From sequence record MK327930.1: a DNA stretch of 64,000 bases; one strand, written 5' to 3'. Positions 8,847-15,755 of the stretch are shown here, piece by piece. How positions within the stretch are numbered: position 1 is the stretch's first letter; each line of letters begins with the position of its first letter. The notes beneath the pieces were generated by a model, which had not been told where the DNA came from, ran no database searches, and worked only from the letters and a program-made list of their open reading frames with translations. Source of the DNA: Escherichia phage EdH4. The position numbers and the translations under genes are program-made.

Positions 8847-9092
8847 CTATTTCACAATGCCTACAAAACAGATCCCGCCTTCACCTATATAAGCAATATC
8901 GGTCACTTTATAACTTGTCAAGATCTGCTTATTTAGTTCATTAATAAAATCGGTCATTGCGTTGGTGTAGTTGTCTTCCGTGTCTAAGGCATAATCCCAG
9001 GTGTACACCTTTTTACGTCCGAAGCCTTTTACCATGATACGGGCGCTTTTGGTGTTGGTAGGGGCATAATATTTGGTGATTAGTGCTGCCAT
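8847..9092 (-). CDS. Hypothetical protein
   Basis: 81-aa ORF. Confidence 0.6.
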   Translation of the reverse strand: MAALITKYYAPTNTKSARIMVKGFGRKKVYTWDYALDTEDNYTNAMTDFINELNKQILTSYKVTDIAYIGEGGICFVGIVK

Positions 9093-9134
9093 GGTTTTAA
9101 CTCCTATGCATTAGTTCAGTGTTAACAGTATAAA

Positions 9135-9179
9135 GTTTACTTTATTGATGGCCCTGGTGTCAAGGCCATCTAAAAATAA
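9135..9179 (-). promoter_or_regulatory. Conserved 45-bp intergenic element, copy 2 (promoter TTGACA-N18-TAAACT with palindrome over the -35)
   Basis: gtttactttattgatggccctggtgtcaaggccatctaaaaataa; identical to the copy at 9756. Confidence 0.5.
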
Positions 9180-9181
9180 GC

Positions 9182-9523
9182 TTACTCGTTTTCTTCCAGC
9201 TCCGCAAGCTCTTCTTTTGCTTCTTCTAACTCTGTCTGTAATTCCTGGTATTCTTCATCGTCCTCAATATCCAGGCTGTCGATGTAGTCGCTAAATCCGC
9301 AGCGGTAAGCGATAGGATCTAGCTCCTTGAGGATACGCGACGGAAGAAAAGAAATGTTTCCGATCATAATTTCGCCGTAGATCTCGTCTAACCATTCATC
9401 ATAGTTTTCGTCGTACTTGTCCTCGTCGATTTCAAAGTTATCGATCTTATTCTCAAGGTCTGCGATCTGTTTTTTCAGTTCAGCGATCTGCATAGCTTTT
9501 TCTGAGGCGGTCATAGTAGTCAT
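9182..9523 (-). CDS. Acidic coiled-coil protein
   Basis: 113-aa ORF; heptad-like QIAELKKQIADLENKIDNFEID and an acidic C-terminus. Confidence 0.6.
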   Translation of the reverse strand: MTTMTASEKAMQIAELKKQIADLENKIDNFEIDEDKYDENYDEWLDEIYGEIMIGNISFLPSRILKELDPIAYRCGFSDYIDSLDIEDDEEYQELQTELEEAKEELAELEENE

Positions 9524-9574
9524 GGTGTTTTTCTCCTTTTGTGTGTTCTGGGAAGTTTTCCCGTTTATGTGCTT

Positions 9575-9602
9575 ATTATATCGATTTAAGTTAGCTTGTC
9601 AA
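9575..9602 (-). promoter_or_regulatory. Sigma70 consensus promoter TTGACA-N16-TATAAT followed by 5' hairpin
   Basis: Hairpin gggaagttttccc at about 9550-9563. Confidence 0.55.
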
Positions 9603-9722
9603 TTAAAAGTTTAAGAAAAATTTTGCGACACCGTTGGCGCTACCCATCAACATTTGCGCCAGGATGTACCCAATGATGCAAACGATGATGGTTACCTTTG
9701 TGTGCTGGCGTGTAGTGCTCAT
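9603..9722 (-). CDS. Small hydrophobic protein, 39 aa (below ORF-track cutoff)
   Basis: Strong RBS aaaggagg then ATG; MSTTRQHTKVTIIVCIIGYILAQMLMGSANGVAKFFLNF. Confidence 0.45.
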   Translation of the reverse strand: MSTTRQHTKVTIIVCIIGYILAQMLMGSANGVAKFFLNF

Positions 9723-9755
9723 CTTTAAGCCTCCTTTTCCGCTCAACTGTGGTTA

Positions 9756-9800
9756 GTTTACTTTATTGATGGCCCTGGTGTCAAGGCCATCTAAAAATAA
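9756..9800 (-). promoter_or_regulatory. Conserved 45-bp intergenic element, copy 3
   Basis: Identical to copy 2; upstream of the small CDS 9603..9722. Confidence 0.5.
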
Positions 9801-9802
9801 AC

Positions 9803-10198
9803 TCAATAAGTTTTTAGTACTTTCCCGTCCAATCTGTCAAGCTGGATCTCGATAGCTGCAGAAAACCTATTGTAAACCACATCGCCCAGGGAGTCCAGCC
9901 AATCTATGACGTTATATACCTGCTCTTTATTCTTGCAAGTCCGGATCCGTTTCATTACGTAAGACGGATCAATATTAGCGCTCTCGTTGTTGTGGTCCTG
10001 CGCCTGGCCTGCTGCGCTAGTTATAGATTTTACAACCACCTGAAAGGGCTTTAAGGTGCCTTTTGCGTTCATCTCACGCGCTTTTGCGGCGCGGTTGTTA
10101 TATGTTACACAACGGCGGCAAATGTTGACCAAATGCATATCAATAATTTTTTCATCGTTTGCCAGTTCGTTCATGATGCGGCGTACGTTCTTATTCAT
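9803..10198 (-). CDS. Hypothetical protein
   Basis: 131-aa ORF. Confidence 0.6.
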   Translation of the reverse strand: MNKNVRRIMNELANDEKIIDMHLVNICRRCVTYNNRAAKAREMNAKGTLKPFQVVVKSITSAAGQAQDHNNESANIDPSYVMKRIRTCKNKEQVYNVIDWLDSLGDVVYNRFSAAIEIQLDRLDGKVLKTY

Positions 10199-10246
10199 GA
10201 TCTTTTTCCTTTGTGCTGGCGGGAAACATTCCCGCCTTTTGTGTCT

Positions 10247-10274
10247 AGTTTACTTAAATTTTGCAGCGTGTCAA
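10247..10274 (-). promoter_or_regulatory. Sigma70-like promoter TTGACA-N16-TAAACT followed by 5' hairpin
   Basis: Hairpin ggcgggaaacattcccgcc at about 10219-10237. Confidence 0.55.
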
Positions 10275-10280
10275 TGATTT

Positions 10281-10679
10281 TTATTCGTGGGCGCATGTTA
10301 CAATGTGTTTTTTATAGCCCAGGTGGTCAGCAAGTGCCGACAAAAACTCTTCTTCGTAGATCCAGCCGTCGGCAGTGATCCCCATAGCATTTAATGCGCT
10401 CTCAAGTGCTGCGTTAGCTTTATCGTAACCGTGACCGCTCGCCTTGCCGCCAGTATAACCGTACTTATTGTTCTTGTTGTCGTGAATCCAAAACACGCAG
10501 TAGTGAGTGTTCCCGCTGGCGGCGGCATAATACCGGATCTCAGCTACTTCGTGCAAATTATTGTCATCGTCCAGGCCCACCAGATTATAAGCCTTGTAAA
10601 ATCCACGATCACGGCGGCAGTTCTTGACATCAGAAAAAGAAAAGTCTGCATTATCAAAATTAAAGGTAGTGGTTTTCAT
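10281..10679 (-). CDS. Hypothetical protein
   Basis: 132-aa ORF. Confidence 0.6.
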   Translation of the reverse strand: MKTTTFNFDNADFSFSDVKNCRRDRGFYKAYNLVGLDDDNNLHEVAEIRYYAAASGNTHYCVFWIHDNKNNKYGYTGGKASGHGYDKANAALESALNAMGITADGWIYEEEFLSALADHLGYKKHIVTCAHE

Positions 10680-10711
10680 GATTTTATCCTCTTAGTGTCT
10701 TTTGTGCTTTT

Positions 10712-10740
10712 AGTGTATTTGGTGTCGGACTGTATGTCAA
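10712..10740 (-). promoter_or_regulatory. Sigma70-like promoter TTGACA-N17-TACACT
   Basis: Upstream of CDS 10281..10679. Confidence 0.45.
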
Positions 10741-10743
10741 TAC

Positions 10744-11019
10744 TTATTTTTTATTAAACCAGTGGTTGATCTGACCTTTTGTCAGGGCGCAACGATTAAG
10801 CTGTTGCAGGGTATAGCTATGACCGCGACGAAATTTATAAAGGCCTTGCCCGTTGTTGATGGTTACATCCACCCGGCAAATCACTTGATTGGTGACCACC
10901 TGGCGAGTGTTGCGACGTACTTTGATCCCGTATGCGTTCATAAATTTATCCTCTTTACTGGTTAGTGCGGTGTTGTTCACCTTGTAGGGTAATAATACCA
11001 TGATTAACCTTGTTGTCAA
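10744..11019 (-). CDS. Hypothetical protein
   Basis: 91-aa ORF. Confidence 0.55.
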   Translation of the reverse strand: MTTRLIMVLLPYKVNNTALTSKEDKFMNAYGIKVRRNTRQVVTNQVICRVDVTINNGQGLYKFRRGHSYTLQQLNRCALTKGQINHWFNKK

Positions 11020-11022
11020 CGA

Positions 11023-11196
11023 CTATTTTAAATTATTTTTATGATAGAATCCACCTGCCGCCCCCCGCCAGGTTAACCACCATTTTTCGTACTCTTCTTT
11101 ATGTTCCAACGCTCCCGCCATAGCCTTTTCAACCAGGGCGATAGCCTCAGAGTCATTAATAGCTACATTTTCCAGGGGGATCATATTACCTTTCAT
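11023..11196 (-). CDS. Hypothetical 57-aa protein (below ORF-track cutoff)
   Basis: RBS gaggagg then ATG; MKGNMIPLENVAINDSEAIALVEKAMAGALEHKEEYEKWW... Confidence 0.45.
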   Translation of the reverse strand: MKGNMIPLENVAINDSEAIALVEKAMAGALEHKEEYEKWWLTWRGAAGGFYHKNNLK

Positions 11197-11354
11197 TTTT
11201 GTACCTCCTCTTCAATTGTTACCTATCCTGTAGCATAGGCCCACCAGGTTTACAAGCCTTCATTCTCCCCTACCTGGTCAGTTAGGTCCTGCCAGGCTGG
11301 CCCCGCCAGGTTGCAGCGGTTAGCGCATCAGGTTAGAAAAATTTTTTGAAAAGT

Positions 11355-11383
11355 GTTGACAGCGGCCCCGCCAGGTGGCACAA
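11355..11383 (+). promoter_or_regulatory. Plus-strand sigma70-like promoter TTGACA-N17-CACAAT pointing into a non-coding region
   Basis: No plus-strand ORF downstream; the GC-rich element begins about 18 nt after the -10. Confidence 0.45.
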
Positions 11384-11400
11384 TATACCTATCGAAAGGA

Positions 11401-11437
11401 CGGCAGGCACCGGTGACGGGGGAGACAACCACCGGGG
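11401..11437 (+). repeat. GC-rich repeated element, copy A
   Basis: cggcaggcaccggtgacgggggagacaaccaccgggg; related to copies at 11555 and 2212. Confidence 0.6.
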
Positions 11438-11500
11438 ATGGGCGCTGCATAAAATGAGAACGGTTATCATTATCATTTAAAAATTTATGCAAAAAAATCC

Positions 11501-11531
11501 TTGCTTTCTTTGTCCTGTGTGATACTATAAT
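11501..11531 (+). promoter_or_regulatory. Plus-strand promoter TTGCTT-N16-TACTATAAT
   Basis: Transcribes toward the AT-rich iteron region; no ORF downstream. Confidence 0.45.
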
Positions 11532-11554
11532 AACAAGCCGGGGCAACAGGGGCC

Positions 11555-11577
11555 GGGAGACAATCACCGGGCCTGCC
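11555..11577 (+). repeat. GC-rich repeated element, copy B
   Basis: gggagacaatcaccgggcctgcc; exact reverse complement of 2212-2234. Confidence 0.7.
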
Positions 11578-11699
11578 CGTTATTCTGCAAACGAGAATGA
11601 TTATCATTCAAAATTCTAAATGAGAACTCCTAGCATTTAATAAATTTAATTAGCACGCTAATTACCCTCCGTAACAATTTACTATAAAATAGTATCCAC

Positions 11700-12190
11700 T
11701 AAAATATTCCCATATAGAAATTTTAAAAATCCATTTCTGAAAACGAAAAATCGATTTCGTCCCCAAAAATTTCAGGTTGAGAGCCGGAACGATTTCCAGA
11801 AAATCCGATTCAGAAAACGAAAAACAGATCGAGTACTGAGAAATTTATCGAGAAAAATTTTCAGAAAATCCAAGCCCTGAAATGAAAAGTAGATCGAGTA
11901 CCTGGAAAGCTGCACCGCAACTTCAAGATAGCGGTTAGATTGTTACCATAGAAGGTCAAGGGTAAGTGGAGGAAGTTCTAGTAGAGAGAGGTTAGCATGT
12001 GTGGGAAATCTATAATGGTGGCCTGGAATATGGTGCAAACGATAGGATGAGTTATTCAGCTTGTCGCGCCTACTCTGAAAAATCCATTTTAGTTTTCGAT
12101 CCATTTTCTGATTTTCTAAGAATTTTAAAATATCCAGCCCGGTGAAATATCAAAAGGAGGAAATCCATTTTAGAAATCCCCCTTATACTT
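11700..12190. repeat. AT-rich non-coding region with iteron-like direct repeats (candidate replication origin)
   Basis: Three copies of a unit agaaaatcc-N-cagaaaacgaaaa-N-agatcgagtac at about 11720-11905, plus aaaatccatttt copies at about 12075-12180; no ORF on either strand. Confidence 0.5.
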
Positions 12191-12213
12191 GATATGCCAG
12201 GAATTTTCAAGTA

Positions 12214-12543
12214 TCAGTTGTCTTTGTTTTTAGGTTTGTACATGCGCAGAGGTATGGTCTTTGTAACATTCCATTTCCTCAACCCTTCCCAGCTCCAGTT
12301 GTGGGCGTGGTATCCGGTTATGCATGCACTACTGGAGTGATCGTAAGCATAAGAGAACGCTAAGCGCACCAGGTGGGGCCAGTCCTTCCATGGTTGTGGA
12401 CCGTAAGCTTTTCTCCAACACCGACACAAACTAAATGTCTCAAGGATAGGAAGGATAACAAACCCATACACTGTCACCAAAATAGCCAGTGCAATGATTG
12501 TCAGGAATACATACCCTGCAGTTGAAATGATGATCTCTGTCAT
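12214..12543 (-). CDS. Membrane protein
   Basis: 109-aa ORF with N-terminal TM helix IISTAGYVFLTIIALAILVTVYGFVILPIL. Confidence 0.55.
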   Translation of the reverse strand: MTEIIISTAGYVFLTIIALAILVTVYGFVILPILETFSLCRCWRKAYGPQPWKDWPHLVRLAFSYAYDHSSSACITGYHAHNWSWEGLRKWNVTKTIPLRMYKPKNKDN

Positions 12544-12737
12544 TTGTCCTCCCCTTTCTTACGAATATAGATGTGAGATCCTGCCTGTATATAAATTTCT
12601 CGACCATCTTCTGCAAAGATATGAAATACACGATCACCTTCGTACTCGATACGAGATATTTTCATAATGGTCTTTCCACCTGGGATACGGATCTCGTCCC
12701 CCACAGCGATGTTCCATGCAGATTTAAGCTTAAACAT
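12540..12737 (-). CDS. Hypothetical protein (start trimmed to an internal Met)
   Basis: The track ORF overlaps the upstream gene by 74 nt; the internal ATG removes the overlap. Confidence 0.45.
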   Translation of the reverse strand: MFKLKSAWNIAVGDEIRIPGGKTIMKISRIEYEGDRVFHIFAEDGREIYIQAGSHIYIRKKGEDK

Positions 12738-12975
12738 CTGCACCTTCCTTTGGGAGCTCGAACTCTGGCATAGCCATATACGCCACAACAGGGTTGTAAT
12801 CAAAGTAGAAATGACCGTTAATTATCCCAGTTTTGTGAGCATAGTCACCAGATCCTGCAAGAACAACCTCGCAAACTCCGAAATCAACCTTGCCATTCTC
12901 ATCTGCCATGGCTACAATATACTTTCCTAGAGGCATGTTTTTAACGCCGTCTACAAATGTCCACCCTTTGTTCAT
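12730..12975 (-). CDS. Hypothetical protein
   Basis: 81-aa ORF. Confidence 0.5.
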   Translation of the reverse strand: MNKGWTFVDGVKNMPLGKYIVAMADENGKVDFGVCEVVLAGSGDYAHKTGIINGHFYFDYNPVVAYMAMPEFELPKEGADV

Positions 12976-12996
12976 AACTTTATCTCCTGGACTTTC

Positions 12997-13329
12997 TTAA
13001 GGTAACCAGTAAACAATTTCGCCTTTCAGTTCCATGTCGTTACCGACATAGATTTTCCAGCCATCCATTTTAGCCACTGCAGGAGTGAAGTCCGAAGAAC
13101 CACTAACCTCTTTCCAAGTCCCGTAGTCAGGTTGCCAGATATAGAATCCACCTTCCTTGTCCCATGCTCCATATACCACATCGAGCAGGTTGCCCATTGC
13201 AACAATAGTAGGCCGTGGGAATAATACATCTACAGATGCACCACAATTTCTGGTAGATTTTAAATTACAATCCCAAAAGATGTCTGCCAGTGTGGCGGCA
13301 ATAGCTTTACGTCTTTCCAATGTTACCAT
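12997..13329 (-). CDS. Hypothetical protein
   Basis: 110-aa ORF. Confidence 0.55.
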   Translation of the reverse strand: MVTLERRKAIAATLADIFWDCNLKSTRNCGASVDVLFPRPTIVAMGNLLDVVYGAWDKEGGFYIWQPDYGTWKEVSGSSDFTPAVAKMDGWKIYVGNDMELKGEIVYWLP

Positions 13330-13339
13330 GGCACGATAC

Positions 13340-13531
13340 TCACTTGTTGTTAAGAAGTTCTAAAACTTTCTGTTTTACTTTGTCAAGGTCTGTGGATTCA
13401 AAAACTGTACGATATCCCCAACTTTGCCCATAGGAGTGACTGCAATCCCCGTAGCACCATTGCTCAATTTGATAGTATTCAAGGAACGGGTGCTGTCTAA
13501 CTATGATACCATCCCGGTTAAAAATTACCAT
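13340..13531 (-). CDS. Hypothetical protein
   Basis: 63-aa ORF. Confidence 0.5.
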   Translation of the reverse strand: MVIFNRDGIIVRQHPFLEYYQIEQWCYGDCSHSYGQSWGYRTVFESTDLDKVKQKVLELLNNK

Positions 13532-13594
13532 AATACATCACCCTCTGTTAGTTTATGCGTATATTATACACTGCAGTTTTCAGATGTCAACCTC

Positions 13595-13789
13595 TTACAG
13601 ATTGCTCCAATACAATCGGCATTTACATTTTGGGCAATGAGGTTCTTTTATGTAGTAACCGTCAGTCTTTGGAACACTTTTTGGTGCAGTTTTAAGATTG
13701 TACCTGGTAAAACATCGGAAGCAGGTTACCTCTCCCACCTGTTGATCGTTGATCCACTCACCGGAGTAAAGTTCTTTCTTGTTTCTCAT
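13595..13789 (-). CDS. Small zinc-ribbon protein (CxxC...CxxC)
   Basis: Start trimmed to ATG with a GGGAGAG RBS; CFRCF...CPKCKC. Confidence 0.45.
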   Translation of the reverse strand: MRNKKELYSGEWINDQQVGEVTCFRCFTRYNLKTAPKSVPKTDGYYIKEPHCPKCKCRLYWSNL

Positions 13790-14015
13790 AATTCTCTCCC
13801 AAATCCTCTGCAATCTTATACCAAAATCTCCAGCCAGAAAGCACATGGGAACACTTTGAGGATTGAATCTTTACTTGGCTCGGAAGTTCTTTTTCCGTAT
13901 GGTAGGTAGAAATACCCTCCTGCAGATTCGAATATAGCTCCTTCGGTTGTATCTACCACAGCAAGAATTAAGATTTTAGTCTCCACAGTGCTCTCCTCTC
14001 TTAGTTGTCGTGGAA

Positions 14016-14044
14016 ACTATATCACCTCAGAAGATGGTCGTCAA
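14016..14044 (-). promoter_or_regulatory. Sigma70-like promoter TTGACG-N17-TATAGT
   Basis: Immediately downstream of the macrodomain gene stop. Confidence 0.4.
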
Positions 14045-14499
14045 CACTTTTTGTACTCCACCACGACAATATCTATGTCGAAAGTGGCAAGGTTAATAAC
14101 GTCCTCTACGTGTTCCCACTTCAAACCGCCTATGCCGCACCCGATCTTAGGGATGTAGAATGGTAAAGTCGATCCGCTGAATACTTCATTGACTAGCTCA
14201 AAGCCTTTCAGGATTGAGAAATACTCAGCATTAGGTCCTGGGTAGAACTGGGTATATAGATTGATTCCGTAGACAATACCTATCGGAGATAAGTGCTCCC
14301 ATCGGGAGAACGCACCCAGTTTACTTAGGCAACCGTATCTAGTCTCTTTGTCGGCTGACAGTGCTTGAGGAAACTCACGGGCAATCTGTTTTGCTATACC
14401 CTTGCCCATTGTGTGGAAGCAGTTACAACCGTGGATCAGGTGACCAGCACCGCTCTTAAAAAGGGAGATTAAATCTCCCTCTACAGTATCAATAATCAC
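14041..14499 (-). CDS. Macrodomain protein, TARG1/OARD1-like (putative ADP-ribose hydrolase)
   Basis: GAGHLIHGCNCFHTMGKGIAKQIAREF and PKIGCGIGGLKWEHVEDVI match recalled TARG1 blocks (LAHCISEDCRMGAGIA; MPRIGCGLDRLQWENV); start trimmed to a GTG overlapping the upstream stop. Confidence 0.6.
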   Translation of the reverse strand: MIIDTVEGDLISLFKSGAGHLIHGCNCFHTMGKGIAKQIAREFPQALSADKETRYGCLSKLGAFSRWEHLSPIGIVYGINLYTQFYPGPNAEYFSILKGFELVNEVFSGSTLPFYIPKIGCGIGGLKWEHVEDVINLATFDIDIVVVEYKKC

Positions 14500-14914
14500 G
14501 GTAAGCCAGCTCCTCTTCCGCAATTTCAAAAAACTCAGTCCAGCACTGTGGCATATTGGAGTTACCGAAGTGGCTTTCATAGTAAAGGTTCTTACCGCTA
14601 GGAAGGTAGAAATCTGTTACCTCATAAAATCCACAATCGTCGCACTCACCTTCTTCAAACTTGGCCTTAACCTTAATACCGAGGAAGGTGAAAAGTTTAT
14701 GGACATCTTCAGTTTCGAACTCCCAGGGAATGTTGTTTTCCGCATCGGTGTAGAACTGGATCAGCAGACCATTGTCCAGTTTACCAAAATACTCTGTGAA
14801 GTAACTTCCTTCCCAGAAATCTTTATGACAAATAATATCCATGCGTTTGCCCATAATAATGGTGTGAGCGTTTTGGGCATCGTCACGAATCAGTTTTGGC
14901 ATTTCATAGATCAT
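14489..14914 (-). CDS. Hypothetical protein
   Basis: 141-aa ORF, translationally coupled to the macrodomain gene. Confidence 0.55.
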   Translation of the reverse strand: MIYEMPKLIRDDAQNAHTIIMGKRMDIICHKDFWEGSYFTEYFGKLDNGLLIQFYTDAENNIPWEFETEDVHKLFTFLGIKVKAKFEEGECDDCGFYEVTDFYLPSGKNLYYESHFGNSNMPQCWTEFFEIAEEELAYRDY

Positions 14915-14982
14915 CTTAGTTCTCCGGGTTCAACAGGTGGTGGTGCTACAGGAAGATCATAAAACATGGCTATCACAGTCTC

Positions 14983-15180
14983 TTACACAGGAATTGCTTC
15001 AAATAGACCGTTATCTATACCGTCCTTCAGATAGAGATTATATTCTATATCGGTATCTGTATAAAGGGCAGCATCCAGCATTCTATCTGTGAGTCCATCC
15101 ATCGGGTGGAGAAACCACCACCCACGCCAGTCAAAGTAACAGCCTGGTGCATCTTCTCTTACACGGATTCGATAAATCAT
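14983..15180 (-). CDS. Hypothetical protein
   Basis: 65-aa ORF. Confidence 0.45.
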   Translation of the reverse strand: MIYRIRVREDAPGCYFDWRGWWFLHPMDGLTDRMLDAALYTDTDIEYNLYLKDGIDNGLFEAIPV

Positions 15181-15276
15181 GGGCAGTGGCCTCCTGTTAG
15201 TTATACATCCCAGTTTTCTTCGTTCATCACGTCCTCCCGTTCTATGAAGTTATAATTGCACACCTTTCAATCCGTG

Positions 15277-15693
15277 TCAACAGAAAACTTCAACAAATTC
15301 TTCCACAGTTTTAATGTCGTGGGAAAAAGGTTTACGGCTATAACGGGCAATAGCACTATCAACCACCGCCCGGTACTCCAAATCTTCAGAATATTTCATG
15401 AAGCATTGTAGCGTCTCTGGGCAGATAGCTAAATAGCTCCACCACCCCTCTTCAGATTGGTAGTCGAATCCCATACTCTCCAACCATGAAGCATATACGT
15501 CTGCACCCTCAAGCCAGTGAGTGTTTTCATCCAGGAACTTGTTAACAGACATGTGGGCTTCCAAGCATTTATCCAACTCTTTTCCGTTAACCAGCCACGC
15601 ACTGACCGTGGCGCATCCAAGGTCTACAGATTGAGTTGACAGGTTGTATTGGTCATAGTTCTCAGGCTTAACAATGATATCTTCTAATGTCAT
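15277..15693 (-). CDS. Hypothetical protein
   Basis: 138-aa ORF with a GGAG RBS. Confidence 0.55.
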   Translation of the reverse strand: MTLEDIIVKPENYDQYNLSTQSVDLGCATVSAWLVNGKELDKCLEAHMSVNKFLDENTHWLEGADVYASWLESMGFDYQSEEGWWSYLAICPETLQCFMKYSEDLEYRAVVDSAIARYSRKPFSHDIKTVEEFVEVFC

Positions 15694-15712
15694 TTTTCAG
15701 ATCTCCTTATAC

Positions 15713-15740
15713 AAAAATGCCCCACCCTTTCGGGCAGGGC
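15713..15740 (-). terminator. Rho-independent terminator after the SSB-like gene
   Basis: Hairpin gccccaccctttcgggcagggc plus T-run on minus; the same 22-nt hairpin recurs at 25850-25871. Confidence 0.65.
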
Positions 15741-15755
15741 TATGTTAACTAAATG

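Noticed and set aside
5419-9800. CRISPR array
   Set aside because: The three 45-bp repeats are kilobases apart, separated by genes, and carry promoter features; no regularly spaced repeat-spacer array exists anywhere in the window.
11328-11567. 79-aa minus-strand ORF
   Set aside because: Lies inside the promoter and GC-element region, has no RBS and its translation is Pro/Arg-rich; more likely non-coding.
11300-12200. tRNA genes in the long non-coding region
   Set aside because: No GGTTCGANTCC-type T-loop or cloverleaf-compatible sequence found on either strand by eye; a tRNA-scanning program should confirm.
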